DNA of 64,000 nt, taken from the human T2T-CHM13v2.0 reference genome, Homo sapiens. The stretch lies in NCBI RefSeq assembly GCF_009914755.1, contig NC_060947.1, one strand, 5' to 3'. The position numbers and the translations under genes are program-made. Numbering within the stretch: the stretch's first letter is position 1; each line of letters opens with the position of its first letter. Positions 48,501-64,000 of this stretch are shown piece after piece. The notes beneath the pieces are model-generated. The model was given only the letters and a program-made list of their open reading frames with translations. It was not told the DNA's origin and made no database searches.

Positions 48501-49500
48501 ATTTGGGAGGGGCCAAAGGTGGAATGACATGGTTTGCCTCTGTTCTCATCCAAATCTTACCTTGAATTGTAATAATCTCCATGTTTCAAGGGTGTGGCCA
48601 GGTGGAGACAATTGAATTATGGGGGCAGTTTCACCTATATTATTCTCATGGTAGTGAATAAGTCTCATGAGATCTGATAATTTTATACATGGGAATTCCT
48701 GTACACAAGCTCTTGCCTGCTGTTATGCAAGACATAAATTTGCTACTCATTCACCTTCCACCATGATTGTGAGGTCTCCCCAGCCATATGGAACTGTGAG
48801 TCAATTAAACCTCTTTCATTTATAAATCACCCAGTCTTGGGTATATCTTTATTAGCAATGTCAGAATACACTAATATACTAGATTTTCTTCAAGAGTTTT
48901 TATAGGTTTCACATTTAAGTCTTTAATCCATCTTGAGTTGATTTTTGTATATGGTGTAATGAAGGGGTCCAGTTTAAATCTTCTGCATATGGCTAGCCAG
49001 TTATCCCAGCACCATTAATTGAATAATGAGTCCTTTTCCCATTGTTTGCTTTTGTTAATTTTGTTGAAGACCAGATAGTTGTGGGTGTGTGGCTTTATTC
49101 CAGGGCTCTTTTTCTTTTTCCATTTGTCTATGTGTCTATTTTTTGTACTACTCCTGTACTGTTTGGGTTACTGTAGCCTTGCTGTATAGTTTGAAGTCAG
49201 GTAATGTACTGTCCCCAGCTTTATTCTTTTTCCCTAGGATAGCTTAGGCTGTTTGGGCTCTTTTTTGGCTACATATGAATTTTAGAATAGTTTTTTTCTA
49301 ATTCTGTGAAGAATGTTATTGATAGTTTAATAGAAATAGCATTGAATCTATAAATTGCTTTGGACAGTATGGCCATTTTAACAATATCGATTCAACCTAT
49401 TGATGAGAATGGAATGTTTGTGTCATCTCTGCTTTCTTTTCACAGTGTCATGTAATTCTCATTGTAGAGCTCTTTCACCTCTTTGGTTAGCTGTATTCCA
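45540..49500 (-). mobile_element. L1PA15/16-like element interrupted by a THE1 provirus
   Basis: Antisense 3' end ACCCTCAAGTAGGGCC...; antisense ORF2 resumes collinearly at 48879. Confidence 0.88.
46641..48878 (+). mobile_element. Complete THE1 (THE1B/C-like) MaLR provirus: 5' LTR 46641-47000, internal 47001-48524, 3' LTR 48525-48878
   Basis: Two homologous LTRs TGA..TGGTTTG...CTAATA[C/T]A; THE1-int ORF remnants (SLELPRDLLNGFDQNADS); PPT GGGAGGGGCCAAAGGTGGAA; TSD CTAGG/CTAGA. Confidence 0.95.
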
Positions 49501-49534
49501 TTTCTGTAAAGGCCACTGCCTGGCCTGGCTTTTC

Positions 49535-49598
49535 TACCATTGTCTCCACAGAATCTAGCAGAGTACCTGGTGTACACTCAATAAATGTTTACTGAAAT
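49535..49598 (+). mobile_element. L2 3' end fragment
   Basis: CTAGCAGAGTACCTGG...ACTCAATAAATGTTTACTGAA. Confidence 0.55.
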
Positions 49599-50715
49599 AA
49601 AAAATCTGTTATATAAAATTATATTACATTGGTTAGGGAATTAGCTATCTCCTCAAATCAGAGTGCCAATGGAATTTTGTAATAACTTGGAAGTTTTATG
49701 ATATAACAAATAGTTTACGATATTAAATCAAGCTGTTCTAAAACAGGTTGCTATGGTATTCCTAAGAAAATCATATTTTACTTGAAATTATGCCTACTTT
49801 ATGTAGTAGCAAGAATGTATTTTAGTAGGAAATACTTTGTTCATTTTCAAGAATGTAGTCAACTTTCTGGTATAAAAATCAAGATATTTGGGTTTCAAAC
49901 TGAAATAGAAACATACCTATCTTTAATAGCCTTCTCTTCTAGCTAAAAAGAAAATACCATCTGAAGTATTTCAACTAAAAAATCAAAAATGAAAGACCCT
50001 CCAACATTACTGGAAGCCAGAGAGAACTATAACCATCCTTTTGATTACTCAAATTGGGTAGATAAACAGCCCTTGGCTAAAACAGAATTAAGCCTCTGAC
50101 AACTACAAGAACTTAGAAAGGACTTTGATGTCAAGATGGTTTGATGTTGTAAGCTGACATAGCTGAGACACACGCCAAGCTAGTTATTTACAGTGAGTTT
50201 GAATGAAGAGTTCTAAATAAAATCTAGAAAAATGAAAGACTAGGATCTAGATCAAGATACATTTAATAATAGAAACATCAGCAAAAATTTATAAAATAGT
50301 AGAAATTTCCATAATGCTTTATAGAAATGTATCTACTGATTATTGTTCAATTTCTAATGTTTTAATAGCATATTCAATATTTTTTCACAAATATGGGAAA
50401 ACTAACTTATTTCAATCTTATGCCAGACAGCAGTATCTTTAGCCTACTCTTCAGCTTACCTTACAGTGACTGAGGCACCTCTGTAATCTGCTGGGGTAAT
50501 ACTGTGATCAAAGGTTCATTTATTTTAAGAGTACATAGACATCTTGAAAGTTTATTCTAAATACTGAAATATATAAACTATCAACAGCAAACATCTTAGA
50601 TTTGTACTTAGTTATTAAGTCGTCTCAATTCTTCCTTCAAATTTTGAGTATGATAGGAGATTTGTCAAAAGTCAGGGCCACCTCTGCTCAGAGTCCCTTT
50701 CATTGGTCACCAATT

Positions 50716-52785
<2,070 letters not shown>

Positions 52786-53662
52786 ACGCTTACAAGATAC
52801 TTGATGTCCTTGCATTGAATCTCCATATACCACAGCCAGGAAATTGCTAGCAAGTTATTCCGTTCTATATTGTTTCCTATTACATTAAGTTTGCATTTCT
52901 CTGGCTGTGTTTCACGGTTTAAAATGTGCTCTATTATAATTCTACAGCCTTCATTTTCACTACAATGTGCTCCTAGTTCTTTTTGCATTGATGTGCTATG
53001 CGAATTCACCACTCAAGGACTTTGCTTCTGTATTGTTTGTGACATGGTATATAAGTGCAACCCTATTCTGCCTATGCAAATTCCACATTTCCATTGAAGT
53101 CCAGATTACATTCCATTCCCTGCTTGAAGGCATCTTCAGTCACTCTGGAGACAAAATATCTCTTTCTTCTCAGAATATGTGCAACACTTAGAATTCATAC
53201 TATGCAGCTTAGTCCTGAGTTATATTCTATCTCACTTTGTAAGCTATTGTTTCAACCATTGTCTCCCTAATCAGATTTCAAACTTCTTAAGAATACGGAA
53301 CTTGTATGACATATTCTCTGAATACCTTCTCCCCATATTTTGAAGATTATATAGACAACATAGTAAATATTAACAAATATAGAAAACATTAACAAGTTTC
53401 ATAATAGAAAACTTGTTAATTGAATACTTACAGCATAAAAAGTAATTTTTGTGATTGTTCATTTAAAAACTATTTTTGCAAAGTTCAATATAATTTTCTT
53501 ATTAAAAAGTGATTGTTGTAGGCTGTAACAAATATGTTTTGCTTGACCACAATAATGCTTTTACTACCTTCACTGGCAAAATTCTTCTGGAAATATAAAA
53601 CCTTTTGTTGCAAGAAATCCATTATATGTTCATCTTGAAAAATGTGTAATATAATTTCATTA

Positions 53663-56600
53663 TTACACATTGTTCCCTCTCTAGTCTTTGTTCCCAGTGC
53701 AACTCATCCCAAATCCTCCTTCTTTCCCTCCTGCCTGTCCTCTCAGTCCCAACCCCAAGCGTAGCTGAGTCTTTCTAATCTTCCTTTTCTACAGACCCAT
53801 CTGACCTCTCCCCTCCTCCCCATGCTGCTCCTTACCAGGCCAAGCCAGGTCCCAATTCTTCCTCAGTCTCCACTCCCCCACCCTATAATCCTTTTATCAC
53901 CTCCCCTCCTCACACCTGTTCCGGCTTACAGTTTCATTCTGCGACTAGCCCTCCCCCACCTTCCCAGCAATTTCCTCTTAAAAAGGTGGCTGGAGCTAAA
54001 GGCATAGTCAAAGTTAATGCTCTTTTTTCTTTACCTGACCTCTCCCAAAATCAGTTAGCGTTTAGGCTCTTTTTCATCGAATCTAAAAACCCAGCCCAGT
54101 TCATGGCTTGTTTGGCAGCAACCCTGAGACGCTTTACAGCCCTAGACCCTGAAAGGTCAGAAGGCCGTCTTATTCTCAACATGCATTTTATTTTATTACC
54201 TAATCTGCTCCCGACATTAAATAAAGCTCCAAAAAATTAAATTCCAGCCCTCAAACCCCACAACAGGACTTAATTAACCTCGCCTTCAATGTGTACAATA
54301 ATAGAGTACAGGCAGCCAAGTAGCAACATATTTCTGAGTTGCAATTCCTTACCTCCACTGTGAGACAAACCCCAGTCACATCTCCAGCACACAAGAACTC
54401 CAAACGCCTAAACCGCAGCGGCCAGGCATTCCTCCAGGCCCGCCTCTCCCAGAAGCTTGCTACAAGTGCCAGAAATCTGGCCACCAGGCCAAGGAATGCC
54501 TGCAGCCCGGGACTGCTCCTAAGCCGTGTCCCATCTGTGTGGGACCCCTCTGGAAATCGGACTGTCCAACTCACCTGGTAGCCACTCTCAGAGACCCTGG
54601 AACTCTGGCCCAAGGCTCTCTGACTCCTTCCCAGATCTTCTTGGCTTAGCAGCTGAAGACTGATGCTGCCCAATCACCTTGGAAGCTTCCTGGACCATCA
54701 CAGACGCTTTACGTAACTCTCACAGTGGAAGGTAAGTCCATCCCCTTCTTAATCAATATGCAGGCTACCCACTCTACATTACCTTCTTTTCAAGGGCCTG
54801 TTCCCTTTCCTCCATAACTGTTGTTGGTATTGATGACCAGGCTTAAACCTCTTAAAACTCCCCAACTCTGGTGACAACTTAGACAATATTCTTTTAAGCA
54901 CTCCTTTTAGTTATCCCCACCTGCCCAGTTCCCTTATTAGGCCGAGATATTTTAACTAAATTATCTGCTTCCCTGACTATTCCTGGGCTACAGCCATGCC
55001 TCATTGCCGCCTTTTCCCCCAGTTCAAAGCCTCCTTCACATCCTCCCCTTGTATCTCCCCACCTTAGCCCACAAGTATAGAATACCTCTACTCCCTCCTT
55101 GGTGACTGATCATGCACCCCTTACCATCCCATTAAAACCTAATCACTCTTACCCCTCTCAATGCCAATATCCCATCCCACAGCTTGCTTTAAAAGGATTA
55201 AAACCTGTTATCACTCGCCTGCTACAGCATGGCCTTTTAAAGCCTATAAACTCTCCTTACAATTCCCCCATTTTACCTGTCCTAAAACCAGACAAGCCTT
55301 ACAGGTTAGTTCAGGATCTGTGCCTTATCAATCAAATTGTTTTGCCTATCTACCCCGTGATGCCAAACCCATATACTCTCCTATCCTCAATACCTTCCTT
55401 CACAACCCATTATTCTGTTCTGGATCTCAAACATGCCTTCTTTACTATTCCTTTGCACCCTTCATCCCAGCCTCTCTTTGCTTTCACTTGGATTGACCCT
55501 GACACCCATTAGGCTCAGCAAATTACCTAGGCTGTACTGCCGCAAGGCTTCACAGACAGCTCCCATTACTTCAGTCAAGCTCAAATTTCTTCCTCATCTG
55601 TTACCTATCTGGGCATAATTCTCATAAAAATGCCCGTGCTCTCCCTGCCGATAATGTCTGACTGATCTCTCAAACTCCAACACCTTCTATAAAACAACAA
55701 CTCCTTTCCTTCCTAGGCATAGTTGGATACTTTTGACTTTAGATACCTGGTTTTGCCATCCTAACAAAACCATTATATAAATTCACAAAAGGAAACCTAG
55801 CTGACCCCATAGATCCTAAATCCTTTCCCCACTCCTCTTTCTGTTCCTTGAAGACAGCTTTAGAGACTGCCCTCACCCTAGCTCTCCCTGACTCATTCCA
55901 ACCCTTTTCATTATCCACAGCTGAAGTGCAGGGCTGTGCAGTCGGAATTCTTACACAAGGACCGGGACCGTGCCCTGTCGCCCTTTTATCCAAACAACTT
56001 GACCTTACTGTTTTGCCTAGCCCTCAAGTCTGCGTGTGGTAGCCTCCACCGCCCTAATACTTTTAGAGGCCCTTAAAATCACAAACTATCCTCAACTCAC
56101 TCTCTACAGTTCTCATAACTTCCAAAATCTATTTTCTTCCTCACACCTGACACATACACTTTCTGCTCCCTGGCTCCTTCAGCTGTACTCACTCTTTGTT
56201 GAGTCTCCCACAATTACCATTGATCCTGGCCTGGACTTCAATCCGGCCTCCCACATTATTCCTGATATCACACCTGACCCCCATGACTGCATCTCTCTGA
56301 GCCACCTGACAGTCACTCCATTTCCCCATATTCTTCCGTGTTCCTCACCCTGAACACACTTGGTTTATTGATGGCAGTTCCACCAGGCCTAATCGCCATT
56401 CGCCAGCAAAGGCAGGCTATGCTATAATATCTTCCACATCTATCATTGAGACTACTGCTCTGCCCCCCTCCACTACCTCTCAGCAAGCCAAACTCATTGC
56501 CTTAAGTCAAGCCCTCACTCTTGTAAAAGGACTACACATCAATATTTATACTGACTCTAAATATGCCTTCCATATCCTGCACCACCATGCAAGAGGTTTC

Positions 56601-58219
56601 CTCACTACACAAGGGTCCTCTATCATTAATGCCTCTTTAATAAAAACACTTCTCAAAGCTGCTTTACTTCCAAAGGAAACTAGAGTCATTCACTGCAAAG
56701 GCCATCAAAAGGCATCAGATCCCATCACTCAGGACAATGCTTATGCTGATAAGATAGCTAAAAAAGCAGCTAGCGTTCCAACTTATATCCCTCACTTTCA
56801 GTTTTTCTCCTTCTCATCTGGCCACTCCCACCTACTCCCCGGCTGAAACTTCCACCTATCAATCTCTTCCCACACAAGGCAAATGGTTCTTAGACCAAGG
56901 AATATATCTCCTTCCAGCCTCAAAGGCCCATTCTATTCTGTCCTCATTTCATAACCTCTTCCATGTAGGTTACAAGCCACTAGCCCGTCTCTTAGAACCT
57001 CTCATTTCCTTTCCACCATGGAAATCTATCCTCAAGGAAATCAATTCTCAGTGTTCCATCTGCTATTCTACTACTCCTCAGGGATTATTCAGGCCCCCTC
57101 CCTTCCCTACACATCAAGCTCGGGGATTTGCCCCTGCCCAGGACTGGCAAATTGGCTTTATTCAACATGCCCCGAGTCAGGAAACTAAAATACCTCTTGG
57201 TCTAGGTAGACATTTTCACTGGATAGGTAGAGGCCTTTCCCACAGGGTCTAAGAAGGCCACCATGGTCATTTCTTCCCTTCTGTCAGGCATAATTCCTCG
57301 GTTTGGCCTTCCCAGCTCTATACAGTCCTATAACAGACCGGCCTTTACTAGTCAAATCACCCAAGCAGTTTCTCAGGCTCTTGGTATTCAGTGGAACCTT
57401 CATATCCCTTACCATCCTCAATCTTCAGGAAAGGCAGAATGGACTAATGGTCTTTTAAAGACACCTCACCACGCTCAGCCAACTTAAAAAGGACTGGACA
57501 GTACTTTTACCTCTTTCCCTTCTCATAATTCAGGCCTGTCCTTGGAATGCTACAAGGTACAGCCCATTTAAGCTCCTGTATAGATGCTCCTTTTTATTAG
57601 GCCCCAGCCTCATTCCAGACACCAGACCAATTTGGACTGCACCCCAAAAAACTTGTCATTCCTACTATCTTCTGTCTAGTCATACTCCTATTCACTGTTC
57701 TCAACTACTCATAAATGCCCTGCTCTTGTTTGCACTGCCAGTTTTCACTGTTTCTCCAAGCCATCACAGCTGATATCTCCTGGTGCTATCCCCAAACTGC
57801 CACTCTTAACTCCCTCTTAAAGTAAATAAATAATCTTTGCTGGCAGGGCTATGCTGAATCTCCTTAGGCACTCTAATTAGATATCCTAGGTCCTCCCAAT
57901 TCTTAGTCCTTTAATACCTGTTTTTCTCCTTGTCTTATTCCGTTTAGTTTTTCAATTCATACAAAACCATATCCAGGCCATCACCAATCATTCTATACAA
58001 ATGTTTCTTCTAACAACCCCACAATATCACCCCTTACCACAAAATCTTCCTTCAGCTTAATCTCTCCCACTCGGCTCCCATGCCGCCCCTAATCCCACTC
58101 AAAGCAGCCCTGAGAAACATTGGCCATTATCTCTCCATACCAACCCCCAAAGTTTTCGCCGCCCCAACACTTTACCACTATTTTGTTTTATTTTTCTTAT
58201 TAATATAAGAAGACAGGAA
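53663..58219 (+). mobile_element. HERV-H internal region (gag-pro-pol, env largely deleted), 5'-truncated and defective
   Basis: Zn knuckles CYKCQKSGHQAKEC..CPIC at ~54458; RT PYNSPILPV.KP...YRLVQDL, LDLKHAFF; RNase H NIYTDSKYAF; integrase QWNLHIPYHPQSSGK; PPT AAGAAGACAGGAA. Confidence 0.96.
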
Positions 58220-58584
58220 TGTCAGGCCTCTGAGCCCAAGCTAAGCCATCATATCCCCTGTGACCTGCACGTATACATCCAGATGGCCTGAAGTAACTGA
58301 AGAATGACAAAAGAAGTGAAAATGGCCTGTTCCTGCCTCAAGTGATGATATTACCTTGTGAAATTCCTTTTCCTGGCTCATCCTGGCTCAAAAGCTCCCC
58401 CACTGAGCACCTTGTGACCCCCACCCCTGCCCACTGAGAAAAACCCCCTTTGACTGTAATTTTCCTTTACCTACCCCAATCCTATAAAACGGCCCCACCC
58501 CATCTCCCTTAAATGACTCTCTTTTCGGACTCAGCCCGCCTGCCCCCAGGTGATTAAAAAGCTTTATTGCTCACACAAAGCCTG
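58220..58584 (+). mobile_element. LTR7 (LTR7B-like) 3' LTR of HERV-H, missing the distal U5
   Basis: TGTCAGGCCTCTGAGCCCAAGC start, TATAAAA, ATTAAA at 58553; ends CACACAAAGCCTG. Confidence 0.95.
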
Positions 58585-58589
58585 GAAGC

Positions 58590-59250
58590 AAGTGAAACAG
58601 AGAAAAGGGAACACTCATGCTGTTGATGGGAATGTAAATTAGTTTAACCTCTATTAAAAACAGTATGATGATTTCTCAAAGAACTAAAAATAGAAATGCC
58701 ATTTGACCCAGCAATCCCACTACTATCTACCTAAAGTAAAAGAGCTCACTATATAAAAAAAGACATCTGCACTCATATGTTCATTGTGGTACTATTCACA
58801 GTAGCAAAGTCATGGAATCAACCTAAGTGTCCATCAATGTTTGATCAGATAAAGAAAATGTGGTATATGTACACTATGGAATACTACCCATCCATAAAAA
58901 GCATGAAGTCACGTCCTTTGCAGCAACATGGATGGATCTGGAGGCCATTATTCTAAGTGAATTCACTCAGAAACAGAAAATCAAATACCATATGTTCTCA
59001 CTTATAAGTGGGAGCTAAACACTGTCTACACATGGACATAAAGATGAAAATAGTAGACACTGGGGACTGTAAAAATGGGGAAGATGAGAGGGGGGTGAGG
59101 ATTGAAAAATTACCTATTAGGTGCACTGTTCACTATTTGGGTGATAGGTACATTAGAAGCCCAACCCCCATCATCACACAATATACCTATGTAACAAACC
59201 TGCACCATGTACTCCCTGAATGTAAAATAAAATAATAAAAGTAAAAGTAA
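58590..59250 (+). mobile_element. L1PB4-like 3' end
   Basis: GAGAAAAGGGAACAC...GAAAAATTACCTATTAGGTGCACTGTTCACTATTTGGGTGAT...AGAAGCCCAAC. Confidence 0.88.
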
Positions 59251-59320
59251 ACTATTTTTTGAATATCAAATATATGCCAGACAGTGTAATTGATGCTTTA
59301 GTGTTTAAAAACTAAAATAA

Positions 59321-59613
59321 GGCCAGATGTGGTGGCTCACTCCTGTTATTCTGGTGCTTTGAGAGGCAGAAACAGGAGGATCATTTGAGCCTAGGAGTTT
59401 GAGACCAACCCTGGTAACATGATGAAACCATGTCTCTACAAAAAATAAAAAAATTAGCTGGGGATGGTGGCACCTGCCTATGGTCCCAGATACTCAGGAG
59501 GCTGAGATGGAAGAATCACCTGAGCCCAGGAAGTTGAGGCTGAAGTGAGCCGTGATCACATCACTGCACTCCAGCCTGGGTGACAGAGTGACACCCTGTC
59601 TCAAAAAACAAAC
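59321..59613 (+). mobile_element. AluJ inserted in an antisense MIR (~59255-59780)
   Basis: GGATCATTTGAGCCTAGGAGTTTGAG, CACCTGAGCCCAGGAAGTTGAGGCTG; TSD AAAACTAAAATAA. Confidence 0.93.
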
Positions 59614-61699
59614 AAAACTAAAATAACACTATCATGTAGAAATTATTATTTCAGTTTTATAGACATTGAAACTGAGACTTAAAGAAGATAAATGACTTTT
59701 CCAAAGACACTTAAGTTATGGGTGACAAAAGTTGGATTTCAATTGGATGTGTCATTGCTGTTAGTGACACATACTTTATCACATAGGAAACTTATCTGCT
59801 ACCATCTGGAATTCTGATGCAAATGGAATATTGTTCTGGGTAGATGCCTTAGACTCTCTCTGAAACACAGCCAACTTGATTCTATTTTATTTGGTTTTGA
59901 GATACTGAGCCTGAAATATGGAGTAATGGCAGTAAAAATAAAATAAAAAGTAGAGTCTCACTTAAGACAATGACTTGACCCATAGCTTCTTTATTAGATG
60001 TTTAGTGAATAAAAACATCCTACTCTGCTCTTGCAAGAAAAGTTGTAGTCTTGTGTTCTAGTCATAGGCAAGGTAAGTTAGAAAATTTGACTATGTATCA
60101 AAAATTAATAAGGAGGCCTTATTCAATATTATTATCTATTATATTTGTAATTTATTTGTTCTTTGCTACACTGTTTTAAGCTAGGAAAATATATTGATAT
60201 AGGAATTCCCTAATATTTTGTTGAAAAGCTTGCTTACCTGGTAATGACATGAGAAACAGAGAAAGAATTCTTTGTAAAAGTAGCATAATATTTGGTAGAT
60301 CACATACATAAAATTTAAAATACTATGACTGTTTTGCTTAAAGCAATCAAATAAGCAAAAATACTTGTTTGTAAACACAGCATTTTTTACATGTTAGATA
60401 GTATTCCTTTTGAGGACAGGAATTGTGATTTTTTAAATTCCTCTGTCTCCTAAAATACTAAGCTGAGCATGGTTACTTTCACATAATAAGCATGTAAAAG
60501 TTTCATTGTACTTAAACATGAGAAATAATATGATCACTTTTACAAGAAATCAATTGATGATGCTTCAATTACATTCTGTGGTCTTTCACTTCTCAAGTGA
60601 GTGCATGTCTCACCTCCAACCCCTTCTCCTGGGAGTTACAGTCTCTAGGAAAACAAAATTATCATGACCTTCACAACTCTTCCTTCTCATTTGAAATGTA
60701 ATGGTAAATAAATAATGACAGTTTATAGCATTAATGAAAATTATGCAGTTTTTCAAGAAATAGACCAAATATATTTAAAAATGAAAAAATTCAGACATGA
60801 AGTAACATGCCAGGTGTATCTTTTATCTCCAGTAATTGGAAATGATGAAAAAAGAAACCCTGCTGCTATAATGACAAGAGTTGTTTTTCTGTGCTTCTAA
60901 CAATGCTTTAGTCTCTAGAGTGCAGGGGCAGCATGTTTGAATAATATCTGTTGATTAATTAAACATACAATGAAATGGCCCTATATTCCCCTTGATGTTT
61001 TGCAAACCATTTACTGTTTATTTGTATTTTTTAACCAAAGAAGTGATGCTTTTTTATCTTTGTTATGTCAGTCAATGTGAATGACACCCTATGTCTAGAG
61101 GAACAGGCACTAAAATGTATTAGCTTAGAGTTAAGTAGAAAAGAAACTCTGAAAGTATTGTGCTGTAACAGTGTTAACCTCTGGCACATAATTGTTTGTA
61201 ATATAATTTTGCTAAGACACTATGAGTCTAGAAGTGTAAAAGTATGCCTATGAGACAGACAAAAACAAAATTATGATTTCAACTTGACTTCAGCAATTGA
61301 TCATAGTTCTTACAAATCTTTTGAATCTAGGCACATGAAAATAAAGGGTGTCAATTTCCCAAAAAGGCATAAGACAGTATTAACATTTCTCTATAACTGG
61401 AAAAATGCAAAAGCCTTCTAGTTGAAAGCATCTCAAAACTAATCCTTTGAAACCGAGCAGAAGTAAAGGATTTTTTTTCCTACGGCATTCTTGACATAAA
61501 TCCTTAATTCCAGTGTTTTTCCGTCCTTTCCTAAGGCTTTCTATTGCTGTCCACTCTCTGCTTTCTTCCATTCTCAAGTTATTCTCCTAGTATACTCACT
61601 CTATTTTTGGATACACGCAGAGTTTCAGTGAGACACATGCATTGAACATGTCCCTACATTTTCCACTCACAAATTAAATCAATATACTTATCAATTAGA

Positions 61700-62300
61700 A
61701 TATTTGTTTCACACACACATTATCCAACAAAAAAGTCACAGAATATTAAGACTCTGTGAAGATGTGAACTAAACACTGGGGATATAGAATGTAACACTGT
61801 TCATTGGCCCCAAGAAACTCAGTATAATGAGAGTTTGAGATGACTGAAAAACAGGAAGTTATAATACAATAACGTGTTATAATTGATCTTTTACAAAATG
61901 CCATGGGATAATGGAAGAGAGAATGACTTACTCAGAAGATTGGGAAAGCTCTCTGAGGAAATTTCGTATTTGAGGGAAGTCTCGAGGAATAAGTAGGCAT
62001 TCAGGCATTCAATAAGTAATAAAAGAGATAAACTGGCATCCCTGGGAAGGGCATAGTGTTTATATAGCAACAGATTTATGGAAAACCCCGCAATTTGGGA
62101 GGAATAAGAAGTAGCTCAATCGAGAGCATATGGATTGAAAAAAAGAAGTTGAGGTTTGAGAGGTAGATTCAAATCAGCTCATAAATGTCTGTGGAATTTC
62201 ACCAAAGAAGTTTGTACTTATCTGTAGACAATGAGAGATCATTTTATGGCACTATGTAAGGTGACCTGCTCAATTTGTGGTAAGGAGATTAGGTAGAGTT
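61700..62300 (-). mobile_element. L2 fragment
   Basis: AAACACTGGGGATATAG...GCCCCAAGAAACTCAG...GGGAAAGCTCTCTGAGGAA...AAGAAGTTTGTACTTATCTGTAGACAATG. Confidence 0.65.
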
Positions 62301-62949
62301 TTCATAAAATAAACTGACTCCTATGGAATGCTCTCATAACTCATATAGAAACCCTCATTCCTTACATCAAGGCCAAACATACATGTGTCCAGAAGATTCC
62401 AAAGATGTAAACTATATAATGAGAACCCCATGCACTGAAGCAAGCAAGATTAGTAGGTATTTGAGGCAAGATTTTTGATCTTCCAGTATTAGTATGAACA
62501 GTACACAGCAATTAGCCCCATTATTTATTGCATAGGGCCAACTCTCTAAAGGTTCCTGTTTTTGTTTGCTTATTTTTTCTGGTTGTTTTTAAGAGTAAAG
62601 AAGTATAGATTCTCTAGGTGAAAGGAGCATTGGAAATCATCTGGACCAATCTTCTGTCAATATATTACTTTCTTGTATATTTGTCTACCATGAGGAAATT
62701 AGGCCTCTGATTAAACAGATTCAGCAATGTACAGTAAATGTCTTCTGTGGAAAGTCAATCTATTGTTTGGCAATTCATATCACTGAAAATATTTCTTTTA
62801 CTGAATCAATGTTTTTTCTGCCTTGTCTGTGACCTACTACTTCTAAATCTGCCACGTAGAGAAAAAAAAAAGAGTTTAATTCTGTCCTACATAACAATCC
62901 TTAAATACTTGAAGGCAACAATCATGTATCTCCTTCATTAGTACCCTAC

Positions 62950-63461
62950 TGTGATGGTTAATTTTAAGTGTTAACTTGACTGGATTAAGAGATATCCAAA
63001 TAGCTGGTGTAGCATTACCTTGGGATATGGCTGTTATAGTATTTCCAGAAGAGATTGACATTTGAATCAGTGGACTGAGTAAGCAATATCTGCCCTAACC
63101 CAATGTGGGTGGGCACCATCAATCTGCTGAGTGCCTGGATAGAACAAATGGGCAGTTCATTCTTTTTCTTCTGGAGTGGAGACACCCCTTTTCACCTGCG
63201 TTTGTACATCAGGACTCTAAATTCCCAGGTCTTTAGACTTTAAGACTCACACCAGCAGCCTCCCAGTTTCTCAAGCCTTCAACCTCAGACTGATAGTTAT
63301 ACCATTGGCTTCCAGGGTTCTCAGGCCTTTGGATTTGGACTGAGACAAGCTACTGGCTTCCGTCATTCGCCAGCTTGCAAAAAGCCTATCATGGGACTTC
63401 TTAGCCTCTATAATTGCATGAGCCAATTTTCCTAATAAATTTCTATCTATCTATCTATCTA

Positions 63462-63502
<41 letters not shown>

Positions 63503-63567
63503 GTAGCTATCTATCTGTCTACCTGTCTGTCTCTGGTTCTGTCTTCTGGAGAACCCTGACTAATACA
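62950..63567 (+). mobile_element. MLT2B-like ERVL solo LTR
   Basis: TGTGATGGTTAATTTTAAGTG...GGAGAACCCTGACTAATACA; TSD CCTAC/CTTAC. Confidence 0.9.
63442..63501. repeat. Compound STR (TCTA)5(TCTG)8(TCTA)2 within the MLT2B LTR
   Basis: Counted directly. Confidence 0.95.
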
Positions 63568-64000
63568 CTTACTATATTTAATCACATACACCCGACTACA
63601 ATCTGTTAAAACTAATCAGTTGGATTTTTTTTGCTGGATTTTTTTAGGCTCAGGAGTCAAAGTGAGGAATACTTATTTACCTACACAGTGCAGCAATAAA
63701 TTTGCATGAGCATATTCATTACTACTTTTAAATCCAGTGGTTCACCCTCCTTTCAGAAAAATCCTGGAAATTTGTGACATTTGGTATTCATTCGTTTCTT
63801 TGCTATCATCCTAGAGTAGATAATTAAGAAATAATTGTGTAAGATAAACCATCTTATGCACAATTCCAAAACCTAACACCAGCAGGGTGAAAGGAAAGCG
63901 TATTTTTCAGTTGTTCATGTTTGATGTCCCATGCAGAGCAGGATATCTGAATGATACACATATCTGCAGGGGTTTGATTATTATGCTGTATAAATTAACT

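Noticed and set aside
55099-57487. HERV-H pol as a coding gene, and its missing YxDD
   Set aside because: Fragmented by stops and frameshifts; pol/env deletions are typical of the common non-autonomous HERV-H form

Overview
AT-rich, CpG-poor catarrhine primate DNA (most likely human or ape; it contains AluY, L1PA3 and HERV-H), either intergenic or deep intronic. I find no supportable host protein-coding exon, RNA gene or CpG island. Every informative ORF in the track is a decayed transposable-element ORF (L1 ORF1/ORF2, HERV-H gag/pol, HERV-L gag, THE1-int, hAT transposase) or a low-complexity artefact. More than half of the window is nested repeats: L1s of many ages, six dimeric Alus plus one monomer, a complete THE1 provirus, truncated HERV-L and HERV-H proviruses, several solo LTRs, Charlie/MER DNA transposons and MIR/L2 remnants. 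I cannot support a new biological system here. The most notable structures are: an L1PA5-like insertion with both a twin-priming inversion and a ~325-bp 3' transduction inside one 16-bp TSD; a HERV-H missing both ends; a possible THE1-to-HERV-H spliced unit; non-consensus bases shared between neighbouring L1s; and a perfect 84-bp palindrome. Subfamily names come from recalled consensus features, not a database search, and boundaries of old repeats are approximate.
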